From Spirochaetia bacterium (GTDB lineage Bacteria; Spirochaetota; Spirochaetia; DSM-16054; Sediminispirochaetaceae): a stretch of 64,000 bases of DNA. The stretch covers positions 640,001 through 704,000 of the forward strand of contig JAXHMY010000001.1 of the NCBI GenBank assembly GCA_034520965.1, written 5' to 3'. The notes under the pieces are model-generated. The model was not told the origin of the DNA. It saw nothing but the letters and a program-made list of their open reading frames with translations, and ran no database searches. Below are positions 1-10,401 of the stretch, piece after piece (positions within the stretch are counted from its first letter, which is position 1; the number at the start of each line of letters is the position of its first letter). Made by a program: the position numbers and the translations under genes.

Positions 1-2
1 AC

Positions 3-3000
3 AGCCGGCAACGGCTGTGGGTCACATCCTACGGCGGAGGTATTGCCCGGCTTAATCGGAACAGCGGTGATTTCACTACCTACACAGCTAAAAGTGCACC
101 CCTCGGTTCAGAAGGACTGCGCAGCAACAATGTCCAGTACATCACAGAGGATGACACTGGCCGGCTCTGGGTAGCAACCGACGGCGCCGGAGTTGCAGAG
201 TTTCATCCGGAACAGGTTAAGTTTACCCACTACTTGCATGATACCTCATCCACTGGAAGCCTTGCTCACAATAATGTAGTGTACATTTTCAAGGATAACT
301 CAGGCCTTTTATGGTTCGGAACCTATGAAAACGGTGTAAGTACCCTTAACCCCCACAAGCCTTTCCTCCATTACCGTGAAAAAGCGGCTCCTGAAAGTTT
401 ACCCGACAATATGGTCACCAGCTTCAGCGAAGATCCGGAGGGAGTTATGTGGATCGGAACCCGCAATCAAGGCATCACCCGGTTTGATCCTAAAAGCCAC
501 CATTTTTCATATCATCCAGCCTACAGTAACTTGGACTTCAAGTTAAGCTCCAACCGTATCCAGCACCTGTACACCGATCCCTTGGACGGCAGTCTGTGGA
601 TAAGTACCAACCGCGGCCTTGATCATCTATCCGAGGACAAAACACTGCGCCACTACCGGCATAATGAAAAGGACCCTCACAGTTTAAGCGGCAATGATAT
701 ACAACATATCCTTCGCGACAAACGGGGTAGACTGTGGGTTGCCACCCGCCAGGGGCTCAATATGTTGAACCCTGAAACCGGCCACAGCCGCCGGTTTGTT
801 CACGAGTCCGAAAATCCGAAAAGTCTGAGTGATGATAACATCCGATTTATTTATGAAGACAGAAAGGAGCGTTTATGGGTAGGTACCTTCAGTGGAGGTC
901 TGCAGGAATTCTTTCCTTCAACTGGTGGGTTCCGCCGAATTCCTGCATCGGAGGGGGTACCGGGACAAGGAATCAGCAGCAATATAATTCGTTCAATCTT
1001 TGAAGATCAGAAGGGACACTTATGGATTGGAACCAGTGCCGGGCTCAATCGATTTAACCCGGGGATGGGGGAATACAAGGTATATACCCGTTCGGAAGGA
1101 CTACTGAGTAATACCATTTATTCGATTGAAGGCGATCCGGACGGGAATTTGTGGTTTAGTACTTCAGCGGGGCTCACAAAGTTCGATCCTGAAACCGAAG
1201 AAGTTTTTAATTACAGCAAGAATGACGGTTTGCAGGCAAATGAGTTTAATACCGAGTCAAGTTTTAGCAGCAGCAGCGGAGAATTGTATTTTGGAGGGGT
1301 GAACGGTTTCAACAGGTTTCAACCGAAAAAGATTCAGACCAATCTTTTCAGACCGCCCATCGTAATTACAAGTTTTCAAATTGCCGGGGCTCCGGAGCTC
1401 TCACCTGATTATGAGGCTGCAGAACAACAGGTGGAAATTCCCTATAACCAAAGCTATTTTACCTTCCAGTACGCTTCGCTCGACTATACAAATCCCAAAA
1501 AAAACAGCTATGCCTACAAACTAGAGGGCTTTCATGACCAGTGGATCGAGGCGGGTACCCGTAACTTCGGTAGCTTCTCAAATATTCCCCATGGGTCTTA
1601 TACCCTGTTAATTCGTGGAACCAATTCCGACGGCATAATATCAGACAAGGACGCAGCACTCCCCTTGAAAATTACCACCCCCCCTTGGCTAAGCAGTGGA
1701 GCTATAGCTGCATATACTCTTGCCGGAACCCTCATGTTTTTATTTTTCATTTATATAATCCGCCGCAAATTGTTTTCTCAATCGATCGAGGCCGAGCGTC
1801 AACGCAAACTCAACCAAGACCTCGAAATGAAAGTAAAGGAGAGGACCCAAAAGCTTGAACAGGCAAACCGTCAGGCAAATGCGGCCAATAAGGCTAAAAG
1901 TCGATTCTTGGCGGTGATGAGTCATGAAATCCGTACCCCCCTCTCCGGTATTCAGGGAATGGCGGAACTGCTTACTCAGCGTCTCAAACCCAGCAAGGAA
2001 AAGGAGTATGCAGTACTGCTGCAGGAGGCCTCAACATATTTACAGCAGCTCATTGGGGATATTTTGGATATATCCCGAGTAGAACACGGGAGGCTTGAAC
2101 TTTATCCTGAAGCATGCAATCTGCGACATATTCTCGAGAGTGTCCAGAGAATCAGTGCAGCCCGAGCTATTGAAAAAAACCTTAGTTTCAGCATCGATGT
2201 GGAACCTCTGGTTCCAATGGCAATTTATGCGGATCCTTTACGCCTGAAACAGATAATTACGAACCTCACCTCCAATGCAATTCAATACTCTGAAACCGGT
2301 AAGGTCAGTGTCAAAGTAATTCGAAACAAAATTCTTCCGGATGGAAAAGTGGAACTTGCTTTTAAGGTAACAGATACAGGAGAGGGAATCTCCCAGGACT
2401 TGATAGAAAATCTGTTTCAACCCTATGTACGGGGCAGATCATCAGAATCAATTCCAGGTACCGGTTTGGGACTTTCAATATCCAAAGAATTGGCGCAACT
2501 GATGCAGGGGGATATTTTAGTAGAGTCGGTAATTGGCCAAGGTTCGGTTTTTAGTTTCAAGGCTCCTTTTCTAGTTGTGGAAGCACCACTACACAAAGGA
2601 AAAGAGCAGCAGGTGCAAGTTAGGCTCAAGGGACCAGTCAAAATTCTTTTGGCTGAAGATGAGCGCATCAACCGTGTTTTTCTACACGACATACTGAAAG
2701 AACACGGATTTGATGTCGACATTGCTGAAGATGGGAAAGCCGCAGTGAACAAATATTTTCCTGATAAATATGATGCCCTGTTGATCGATCTGAACCTTCC
2801 GCGTATGAACGGACTGGCCGCTGCCGGAGAAATCCGATACCAGGAGCATACCAGCGGTACTCATCCGATTCCAATAATTGCCCTTACAGCCTCCAGCATA
2901 GAAACTGAAGCTCAATCAATTTACGAAGCGGGCATGAATGCCTTTATAAAAAAACCGGCCACTTTTTCAAAATTGATCGAAGTGCTCGCCGCACATTTAC

Positions 3001-3368
3001 CCCATAAAATATCGGTTATTAGTACTCTAAGCGATGGGGCTGTAACAGATCCACAGAAAACCGAAACCCGTTTACAAGAAATCCACAGCTTGGCTCTCCA
3101 GGATTTAATAAAACGACAGAAGAGCTTGTCAAAAGCCCTAGAATCAAAGGACCTGGAAGCCCTGCCCCACATTGTCCATTCTATCCGGAACATAGCCGGG
3201 GTTTTGCACGATGCCGCACTTTTAGAAGCAGCCAAGCTTATGGATCACACGAACTCAGAGTCAGAGTCAACAAAGCTGAATACCGCTGAAATCACTCAAC
3301 TACAGCAGGAACTGAACCGGGTTATCACATATCTACAGAAAATAGTATCTTCAGGAGATGGGAGTTAA
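3..3368 (+). CDS. Hybrid sensor histidine kinase (beta-propeller repeats, Y_Y_Y, TM, HisKA, HATPase, REC, Hpt-like tail); 5' end outside window
   Basis: Frame open from position 3 (SRQRLWVTSYGGG). Repeated 'D..G.LW.GT..G' propeller motifs, YAYKLEG, H-box MSHEIRTP, GTGLGL, REC ILLAEDE...DLNLP...KP, HSIRN Hpt-like motif. Confidence 0.93.
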   Translation, partial: SRQRLWVTSYGGGIARLNRNSGDFTTYTAKSAPLGSEGLRSNNVQYITEDDTGRLWVATDGAGVAEFHPEQVKFTHYLHDTSSTGSLAHNNVVYIFKDNSGLLWFGTYENGVSTLNPHKPFLHYREKAAPESLPDNMVTSFSEDPEGVMWIGTRNQGITRFDPKSHHFSYHPAYSNLDFKLSSNRIQHLYTDPLDGSLWISTNRGLDHLSEDKTLRHYRHNEKDPHSLSGNDIQHILRDKRGRLWVATRQGLNMLNPETGHSRRFVHESENPKSLSDDNIRFIYEDRKERLWVGTFSGGLQEFFPSTGGFRRIPASEGVPGQGISSNIIRSIFEDQKGHLWIGTSAGLNRFNPGMGEYKVYTRSEGLLSNTIYSIEGDPDGNLWFSTSAGLTKFDPETEEVFNYSKNDGLQANEFNTESSFSSSSGELYFGGVNGFNRFQPKKIQTNLFRPPIVITSFQIAGAPELSPDYEAAEQQVEIPYNQSYFTFQYASLDYTNPKKNSYAYKLEGFHDQWIEAGTRNFGSFSNIPHGSYTLLIRGTNSDGIISDKDAALPLKITTPPWLSSGAIAAYTLAGTLMFLFFIYIIRRKLFSQSIEAERQRKLNQDLEMKVKERTQKLEQANRQANAANKAKSRFLAVMSHEIRTPLSGIQGMAELLTQRLKPSKEKEYAVLLQEASTYLQQLIGDILDISRVEHGRLELYPEACNLRHILESVQRISAARAIEKNLSFSIDVEPLVPMAIYADPLRLKQIITNLTSNAIQYSETGKVSVKVIRNKILPDGKVELAFKVTDTGEGISQDLIENLFQPYVRGRSSESIPGTGLGLSISKELAQLMQGDILVESVIGQGSVFSFKAPFLVVEAPLHKGKEQQVQVRLKGPVKILLAEDERINRVFLHDILKEHGFDVDIAEDGKAAVNKYFPDKYDALLIDLNLPRMNGLAAAGEIRYQEHTSGTHPIPIIALTASSIETEAQSIYEAGMNAFIKKPATFSKLIEVLAAHLPHKISVISTLSDGAVTDPQKTETRLQEIHSLALQDLIKRQKSLSKALESKDLEALPHIVHSIRNIAGVLHDAALLEAAKLMDHTNSESESTKLNTAEITQLQQELNRVITYLQKIVSSGDGS

Positions 3369-3372
3369 TTAT

Positions 3373-4884
3373 ATGTATGATGTATGCATCATTGGAGGCG
3401 GTGTTGTCGGTTGCGCAATAGCCCGTGAACTTGCACGCTACAAACTACGCACCGTATTATGTGAAAAAAGTGTTGATGTAGGAAACGGCGCCACCAAGGC
3501 AAATAGTGCAATTGTTCATGGCGGTTATACCGCAGCCCACGGAACATTAAAGGGTGAACTGAGCATCCGTGGAAACCGTATGTTCGACGAACTCAACGAA
3601 AACTTGAATTTCGGCTTAAACCGATGCGGTTCACTGGTGCTGGCCTTTTCGGATGAGGAGCGCTCAAGCTTAGAAGCACTACTGCAGAATGGAAAGCTGA
3701 ATGGTGTGAAGGGCCTGAGAATTGTTGAGCAGGAAGAACTGGAGAAGATGGAGCCCCAGGTAGGACCGGAGGCGATAGCCGCCCTCCACTGCCCCGAAAC
3801 CGCCGTTACCTCCCCCTACGAGATGTGTATTGCCCTGGCCGAGAACGCCGTTGCCAATGGGCTGGACTTACGGCTTGAGAGTGAAGTCGTGGGGATAGAA
3901 AAAGCCGACGGCGCATTTTCTATTCAGCTCGCCCCGGAGAACACCTCGAAGCGCGCTCCTCAGAACCTTTCCGCCAGGTATGTCGTGAATGCCGCCGGGG
4001 TGTATTCCGACCGCATTGCCGCTATGATCGGCGATACCAGCTTTCGGATACTGCCTCGGCAGGGACAGTATCTTATTCTTCGGCGCGGAGACAGCGAGCT
4101 GGTACACAGTGTGATTTTCCAGACCCCCACTAAAAAGGGGAAGGGTATTTTAGTAACTCCGACCTATTGGGGAAATCTGATGATCGGACCGAATTCCGAG
4201 GAGATACCCGAGCGAGACGATGTGAGCACAAATTCGGAGATTCTTTCTTACATTGTCGAGAAAGCGCGCCGCAGCGTTCCCGGCTTTAAGCTGAGCCATG
4301 TAATCCGTTCTTTTTCCGGGATCAGGGCTACCAGCGACACGAAAGAATTTATAATTGACGAGGCACCAATCGGAGGGTTTATACATGCAGCCGGAATAGA
4401 CTCGCCGGGTCTGACCTCCTCCCCTGCGATTGCAGTAAAGGTGATCGAGCTTCTATCAACCGCAGGCTTATCTCTGCAGGAAAAACCGGATTTTAATCCT
4501 AAGCGCCCCGGGATAAACTCGCCTCAACCCCTACAGCCGATCAAGGAGGTACAGGATTTAATAGAGTTACCGGAAGGCAATCCGGAGCGGATAGTCTGCC
4601 GCTGTGAACAGGTCCGCGAAAAGACAATTATAGATGCGCTTCAGAGGGGTATTCCCGTTACATCACTCGATGCGGTCAAGCGCCGCACCCGGGCCGGAAT
4701 GGGCCCTTGTCAAGGCACTTTTTGCGGCCCCCGGGTACGCTCACTTATAGCCCACACCACAGGCATTTCCGAGGATGAAGTGCTGTCCCGCAGCGGCGGT
4801 TCTGGAATTTTGCCGGAGCGGGTGAGCGGAAAAGACTTGCGCAGCCTCGAGGAGCAAAAACAAGAACAAAAGCAGGAGCAATAA
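3373..4884 (+). CDS. FAD-dependent oxidoreductase (glycerol-3-phosphate dehydrogenase / LhgO-like) with C-terminal BFD-like [2Fe-2S] domain
   Basis: GGGVVG dinucleotide fold, TKANSAIVHGG, GIDSPGLTSSPA, VCRCE...RAGMGPCQGTFC. Confidence 0.88.
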   Translation: MYDVCIIGGGVVGCAIARELARYKLRTVLCEKSVDVGNGATKANSAIVHGGYTAAHGTLKGELSIRGNRMFDELNENLNFGLNRCGSLVLAFSDEERSSLEALLQNGKLNGVKGLRIVEQEELEKMEPQVGPEAIAALHCPETAVTSPYEMCIALAENAVANGLDLRLESEVVGIEKADGAFSIQLAPENTSKRAPQNLSARYVVNAAGVYSDRIAAMIGDTSFRILPRQGQYLILRRGDSELVHSVIFQTPTKKGKGILVTPTYWGNLMIGPNSEEIPERDDVSTNSEILSYIVEKARRSVPGFKLSHVIRSFSGIRATSDTKEFIIDEAPIGGFIHAAGIDSPGLTSSPAIAVKVIELLSTAGLSLQEKPDFNPKRPGINSPQPLQPIKEVQDLIELPEGNPERIVCRCEQVREKTIIDALQRGIPVTSLDAVKRRTRAGMGPCQGTFCGPRVRSLIAHTTGISEDEVLSRSGGSGILPERVSGKDLRSLEEQKQEQKQEQ

Positions 4885-4926
4885 ACAGGGTCAGCTCAAA
4901 ACGTCAGGTATGAGTATCGTCTAAGC

Positions 4927-5112
4927 TTATTCGCTCAGCTGAGACTCCAGGGCAAGTAATTTATCCCCCGTTTCCCGCGAGAGCCTCTCAAACAGTTCTG
5001 CCCGAAGATGCTTCGGGGTATCGCTGATATGTAATACTAACGGCCGGGCTGCGGTCAGTATTTCCTCCGGAACATAGGGGATATCAAACAAGCCATATAC
5101 ATGCTCTTTCAT
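4927..5112 (-). pseudogene. Short ORF resembling the N-terminus of a metallophosphoesterase; probable remnant
   Basis: LVLHISDTP resembles motif I of calcineurin-like phosphoesterases; the remaining motifs are absent. Confidence 0.4.
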
Positions 5113-5120
5113 CAAATCGA

Positions 5121-6221
5121 CTATTCCCGCCATTTAAATACCAGCTTTATCAAAGTACCATTCTCCCGTTCCACTACTAGTTTCCCCTCAACCTGCATAA
5201 CGAGGGTTTGAACCAGCATAAACCCCAAGGATGAAGTTTGGTCAATATCAATATTTTCCGGCAAGCCGATCCCTCTATCCGCTACAGTAAGCGTATACAC
5301 ATCATCATCTTTCACTGCTGTAACCTGCAGGATCCCTCCGTTTCCATCGGGATATGCATGTTCAATGACATTATCAACCAGTTCGTGAATAATCAATCCG
5401 ATGGGAATTGCCAACTCTAAGCCCAGATACAGGTTTTGTACTTGAACTTGTATATCTATATCCTCGCCTACTGCAGTTTTACTGCAGACGATCTCATTCA
5501 CCATCCCATTCAGATAAGCTTGCAAGTTTATCTGAGTAAAATCATCTGTTCTGTAAAGCTGTTCATGGGCCATGGCCATGGCCTGTATTCGATGAATACT
5601 CTTCTCAATTAATCGGAGGTCATAGCCATCACGATAGAGAGGCTTCTGCAAATTCATAAGGCTCATAATAACCTGCATGTTGTTTTTAACCCGGTGGTGA
5701 ACCTCACGCAGTAAGACCTCTTTTTCTTCTAACGAGTTCCGCAACTCCCTATTGATTTCCTGGAGTTTAGTATTCGCCGATTTCAACGCTTCAGTTTTCT
5801 CTGCTACCTGTTCTTCAAGATGCTCACGGTAACGATTGTTCTCCTGGGCCAATTCTACTTTTTCAAGAGCCCGTTTTACCGCAAACAGAAGAATGTTCAA
5901 ATCCTCCACCGGTTTAAGAATATAATCCCAGGCTCCAAGATGCATTGCATCTATCACATCGGTGATATTCCCAGTCCCCGAAACCACAATCACCGGTATC
6001 TCAGGAAAGTTATTTCCCACATAATCCAGTACTTGTAAACCGTCGACTTTCGGCATTCGCAGGTCGGCAAGAATCAAATCGGGGGGAGAAGTCTTTATAA
6101 TCTCTATTCCCTTAGCCCCGTCCTCGGCTTCCACAAGGGTGTAACCGTAATCTTCAAGAAAAGAGACAAAACTCTTTCGAATCGCTGATTCATCATCAAT
6201 GCTTAGTACTGTTTGCCCCAT
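5121..6221 (-). CDS. Receiver domain fused to HisKA_2-type histidine kinase
   Basis: REC (IDDE...DLRMP...KP); LLREVHHRVKNNMQ, IHELVDN, DRGIG, SLGF. Confidence 0.92.
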   Translation of the reverse strand: MGQTVLSIDDESAIRKSFVSFLEDYGYTLVEAEDGAKGIEIIKTSPPDLILADLRMPKVDGLQVLDYVGNNFPEIPVIVVSGTGNITDVIDAMHLGAWDYILKPVEDLNILLFAVKRALEKVELAQENNRYREHLEEQVAEKTEALKSANTKLQEINRELRNSLEEKEVLLREVHHRVKNNMQVIMSLMNLQKPLYRDGYDLRLIEKSIHRIQAMAMAHEQLYRTDDFTQINLQAYLNGMVNEIVCSKTAVGEDIDIQVQVQNLYLGLELAIPIGLIIHELVDNVIEHAYPDGNGGILQVTAVKDDDVYTLTVADRGIGLPENIDIDQTSSLGFMLVQTLVMQVEGKLVVERENGTLIKLVFKWRE

Positions 6222-6305
6222 CAAAATCCTCCAAGAGCAGCTGATCTATTATAAACTGTGTCTGCACAATTGCAAATCACAGGCAGTTTGTTTACTATTG
6301 TGCAC

Positions 6306-7157
6306 ATGAAACACCCAATGAGCATACCGTTTCTTTTTGTTATAATCACTATATTATTAACAGTAAGTTGTTCTGCCGAGACAAGCAAGCCGAGTAAATC
6401 CACAGAAGCGGAAAAAGAAATGAAAAGTGAACCGCAGACGATATTTCCCCATCCTGAAATCGACATATCTCTTGCACAGCTGAAAAAAGAGATCGACAAA
6501 GAACCGGACTTTGTTCAGGAGTCTATTTTATCACGGCCCCAATACTTTCTAGAGTTAGCACAGCAATTTCTTGACCTTCCAAGCTGGGCCGGCATCTTAG
6601 TCGATAAGAAGCACCCCCTCCCCGAAGAATATGCTCCGAATGATTTAGCTTTACTGAGCAATTATTCCCTCACCCTCAACCGCTCCGACCTTCGGCTGAG
6701 CCGAGTGTGCATGCCTGCGGTTCTGGCAATGACGGAGGCAGCTCGTATAGATAACATCGAATTGGTATATTCCTCGGCTTTCCGCTCATATTCCTACCAG
6801 CAAGGTCTCTATGAAAGATATGTAGACCAACATGGACAAAAGGAAGCCGACCGCTTCTCTGCGCGTCCGGGTACCAGTCAGCACCAACTTGGAACCACTA
6901 TCGATTTTGGAAGTATAACCCCCGAGTTCGCAGATACACCCGCCGGTCAATGGCTTCGTAAAGAGGCATGGAAATACGGGTTCTCACTTTCATATCCGGA
7001 AGGAGAGGAGGAGCTGACCGGTTATATGTTTGAAATCTGGCACTACCGTTACATCACCCCTACCGGAACGCGACTCGAGCGTGAGTTTTTCGGGGGACTG
7101 CAGCAGCATATGTTGGAATTTTTTCATCGCCAACGGAACTTTCTCGAGAATCAATAA
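6306..7157 (+). CDS. M15 family D-Ala-D-Ala carboxypeptidase (VanY-like), probable lipoprotein
   Basis: SAFRS, SARPGTSQHQLGTTID, EIWHYRY; signal peptide with TVSC lipobox. Confidence 0.88.
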   Translation: MKHPMSIPFLFVIITILLTVSCSAETSKPSKSTEAEKEMKSEPQTIFPHPEIDISLAQLKKEIDKEPDFVQESILSRPQYFLELAQQFLDLPSWAGILVDKKHPLPEEYAPNDLALLSNYSLTLNRSDLRLSRVCMPAVLAMTEAARIDNIELVYSSAFRSYSYQQGLYERYVDQHGQKEADRFSARPGTSQHQLGTTIDFGSITPEFADTPAGQWLRKEAWKYGFSLSYPEGEEELTGYMFEIWHYRYITPTGTRLEREFFGGLQQHMLEFFHRQRNFLENQ

Positions 7158-7158
7158 A

Positions 7159-8016
7159 CTATTTCACCAGCAGAAAGCAAACCATTGAGCGGCGTCCCCC
7201 CCGATAGGCATAAAAGGCGTCCCCCTCCCCCTTTTTAATCACAAGAAAGGCCGAATTCCCGCCGTCAAAGTTCATCGCTGAGGAGGCCCCAAGAAGAGTA
7301 AAGATTCGGGAAGTCTCTTTAGATGTCAGACCTCGCCGCAGGGGCCCTTCCCCTTCTACCACCACAATGTAAAAAAAGCGGGCCTCTGCATCCAGGCCGA
7401 CTGCCGTTCTGGCAGTGCGTTCACCGTGAACCCCTATGTTCTGACCCCTGAGCAGGATCGGCTCAAAGCCGCCGGCCGCCCAGTAGGCCCTTTCGAGGAG
7501 TGACGGAGTTAAGCCGTCGCTAATTTTCAATTCTCCGGAGGGCTCTTTCCACAGCACCCCCCACTCCTTCTCCTGCTGTGAATAGAGCACCCCATCTGCC
7601 TTGTATACCCCCACGGGTTCCATTTGAAAGCCTTGCAGCAGATTGAGCACATAGCGAAAGGGAGTGGCGCTAATGACAACCGAAGCCTCTGCAGTTTCTG
7701 CGATGTGCAGAGGTTCAGCCCCACTCTCTTGGGGCGGATACGGGCTGACTTTCACCTTCTCATTTTCAAGGTCCACCCTCAGAAGATGCAGTTGCGGGAC
7801 TTCTCGGTTACCGGGATGCGTTTTGTATTCAACTCCCGGGGCAATTCGACGCCACTGAAGCTCTTGGATATCAGTCGGGAGAGGCAGAAGCCCCTCTTCG
7901 GGGGGAGGAACCCCGGCACATCCTCCATACAAGAGCACCAACAGGACCAACGGCAGACCAGCCACCCTTAAACCCGTTATTCCTGTACCGACGGGCTTAC
8001 TTCTTTTCTTTCCCAA
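7159..8016 (-). CDS. Phosphodiester glycosidase family (NAGPA/DUF2233-like) exported protein
   Basis: ARTAVG and AMNFDGGNS motifs; hydrophobic leader ending GGC. Start uncertain. Confidence 0.72.
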   Translation of the reverse strand: MGKKRSKPVGTGITGLRVAGLPLVLLVLLYGGCAGVPPPEEGLLPLPTDIQELQWRRIAPGVEYKTHPGNREVPQLHLLRVDLENEKVKVSPYPPQESGAEPLHIAETAEASVVISATPFRYVLNLLQGFQMEPVGVYKADGVLYSQQEKEWGVLWKEPSGELKISDGLTPSLLERAYWAAGGFEPILLRGQNIGVHGERTARTAVGLDAEARFFYIVVVEGEGPLRRGLTSKETSRIFTLLGASSAMNFDGGNSAFLVIKKGEGDAFYAYRGGRRSMVCFLLVK

Positions 8017-8043
8017 CCTTCTTCTTTCCCAACATGTGATGCA

Positions 8044-9378
8044 TCAGCTCTGCACTTCCCTTTCCTGCATCCGCGCAGCCCTGGAGAGCATGAGCTGCTG
8101 TAAGCGGTCGCGATCAGCCACTATATAACGGGCAACCATGAAAAATATCAACCCGCAGGGAAGCCACCAGAACAGCGCAAAGTTCATGGTAAATTGGTAG
8201 CCAATCGGTACGAGCAGCCCCCCTATCGCCGGGCCAAAGCCCTGTCCAAGGTTATCGGTAATATTGAATACGGCAAACACCGACCCTCGGTGCTCAGGAC
8301 GGTTTACGTTCATCAGAATAGCCTTTACATTCGCAGAGGGCACCGATACCAGGAAGCCACCAACAAATGCTCCAAGGTTAAGCAGCAACAGCTGCATTCC
8401 TTCAGGGTCAAACACGGGGTAGTTTAGCACTGGGAGCATCGGCAGAATCCCCACAAGGACTCCGGCGCCGCACAGCAGCGGCAGCAAACGCGGATTTTTA
8501 CGATACAGTCGCTCTCCAATTACCGCAAAAACAACGGCCCCAATCGTTGCTCCAAGGCCCATCATTAAAAACACAGTAGTTGCTTCTTCCTTCGAAAAGC
8601 CGCGCTCCTGCTCCAAAAAAATAATTACCCAGTAACTGAGAATTCCCCAGGGAATGGTGCCTGGAACCCCCTGCAGAAAAGTCCAGAAATTCGTACGGTT
8701 TGAAAAGAGCAGCTTAAAATCACTCAGTTTGATGCGGGAGGTATACGCAATACCCGATTGAATCAGCTTCTCTAAGGCCTTCTCCGTCCGTCCCCGCTCA
8801 GGGTCCCGGGCATACAGGGCAAATATCAGGGCTAAAGGAAAGTTTGGTGCCGCCGCCAGGATAAAGGCGATTCTCCAGCCAAAACTGCCTGTCAAGTAAC
8901 CTGCCAAAGCCGGCCCCCCCATCATACCGACTGCCCATGCAACTCCCAACCACGCAGAAGCGGAGGCGCGATGCTCTTCGCGAAAATAGTCGGAAATGAG
9001 CGAAAAAGAGATAGGATAGATACCGCCAATACCGATTCCTGTTAGAATCCGCAGCAGGGTGAAACTCCACAAGGTTTGAGTAAAAAAGGGAATACCGGTT
9101 AGTAGACAGGGAATCTCTCCAACGAACACTGTAATCACCAGCAGTTTTTTCCGGGAGATGAGGTCGGTGAAATAACCGAACACAATACTTATAAAGGCGC
9201 CCACCAGCGTAAATGCAGAGCCGATAAATCCCAAGGTCCTTACATCGGCTCCATACTCGGCGGATAGCTCCGGCAGTATAGCCGACATAATTCTCTGATC
9301 AGCAAACAGAAAGACCGACATCAATACCAACAAAAGCAGGGTAATAGTATCGCGGCTGCTCATTTTTACCGGTTCCAT
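8044..9378 (-). CDS. MFS transporter
   Basis: About 12 hydrophobic segments, GYFTDLISRKK motif A, LRILTGIGIG. Confidence 0.92.
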   Translation of the reverse strand: MEPVKMSSRDTITLLLLVLMSVFLFADQRIMSAILPELSAEYGADVRTLGFIGSAFTLVGAFISIVFGYFTDLISRKKLLVITVFVGEIPCLLTGIPFFTQTLWSFTLLRILTGIGIGGIYPISFSLISDYFREEHRASASAWLGVAWAVGMMGGPALAGYLTGSFGWRIAFILAAAPNFPLALIFALYARDPERGRTEKALEKLIQSGIAYTSRIKLSDFKLLFSNRTNFWTFLQGVPGTIPWGILSYWVIIFLEQERGFSKEEATTVFLMMGLGATIGAVVFAVIGERLYRKNPRLLPLLCGAGVLVGILPMLPVLNYPVFDPEGMQLLLLNLGAFVGGFLVSVPSANVKAILMNVNRPEHRGSVFAVFNITDNLGQGFGPAIGGLLVPIGYQFTMNFALFWWLPCGLIFFMVARYIVADRDRLQQLMLSRAARMQEREVQS

Positions 9379-9630
9379 GCAACTCCTCCTGCCTTATCTG
9401 ATGTCAAATCTCTCAGCTCATAGAATGGTACCCATCAAACCGCAGATGTGCAACTAATATTTAAGCCTCCTTCAAAAAACTTTGCTTTTTGAAAACTCCT
9501 GTTTTAATTTCTCCCTCCCATGAAACCCGCCAATAGATCGATTCGCTCGCCCGCATATTGATAAGCTGCCGATCAGCGCTGTACTGCTCAGGCTTCGCAC
9601 GATCAGAATTGCCCGGGCTACACTGGGCAG

Positions 9631-10386
9631 ATGAATAATACTGCAGAAATGATAGAAGCAGCCGCTGCACAGCTGGCTCGCACAACCGACGGCCTCGCTT
9701 TCAGTGGAAAAGTTGCCTATACCTATAATCCTCTCATCTATGCTTGGGCTCCACACGCAGAATATATACGCCGTTATGCAAACGGGCCGCGGGAGATTTT
9801 ATTGGTCGGTATGAACCCGGGACCGTGGGGAATGGCTCAGACCGGCGTCCCCTTTGGGGAAATACAGTTTGTGCGCGACTGGATGCAGATTGAGACAGCG
9901 GTTGGTCAGCCGGAAAAAAGCCACCCCAAAAAACCGATTGACGGATTCGCCTGCACCCGGAGTGAAGTGAGTGGGCGACGCCTGTGGAGCCTGATGCAGG
10001 AGCGTTTTGGTCCCGCCGAGAACTTTTTTAAACATCACTACGTGGCCAATTATTGCCCACTAGTTTTTATGGAAGCGGGGGGAAAAAACCTCACCCCAGA
10101 TAAACTGCCGAAACCCGAGCAGGATGCCCTGTTTGCAGCCTGCAATTCCCATTTAATCGAGCTTATTCATGCCCTTCAACCGGCATTTATAATTGGTGTA
10201 GGGAAGTTTGCTGCCGAGCGAATCCAACGCGCTTATTCGCTACAGCAAGATAAGGAGACGTCTGCAGGACCGGTGATTGACTCTATTTTGCATCCAAGCC
10301 CTGCCAGCCCCCAGGCTAATAAGGGCTGGGGACAACAAGCTGCATCAAAATTGATTGAGCTTGGCGCCTGGACGACAGAATCGTAG
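9631..10386 (+). CDS. Family 3 (SMUG1-like) uracil-DNA glycosylase
   Basis: GMNPGPWGMAQTGVPFG, EVSGRR, NYCPL, HPSPASP. Confidence 0.93.
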   Translation: MNNTAEMIEAAAAQLARTTDGLAFSGKVAYTYNPLIYAWAPHAEYIRRYANGPREILLVGMNPGPWGMAQTGVPFGEIQFVRDWMQIETAVGQPEKSHPKKPIDGFACTRSEVSGRRLWSLMQERFGPAENFFKHHYVANYCPLVFMEAGGKNLTPDKLPKPEQDALFAACNSHLIELIHALQPAFIIGVGKFAAERIQRAYSLQQDKETSAGPVIDSILHPSPASPQANKGWGQQAASKLIELGAWTTES

Positions 10387-10401
10387 AAAAGCCTTCATTA
10401 A

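Noticed and set aside
4852..4881. EQKQEQKQEQ coding micro-repeat
   Set aside because: Short low-complexity tail with no evidence of function.
6306..7157. VanY-like gene as vancomycin resistance
   Set aside because: No other van genes; most likely a housekeeping carboxypeptidase.
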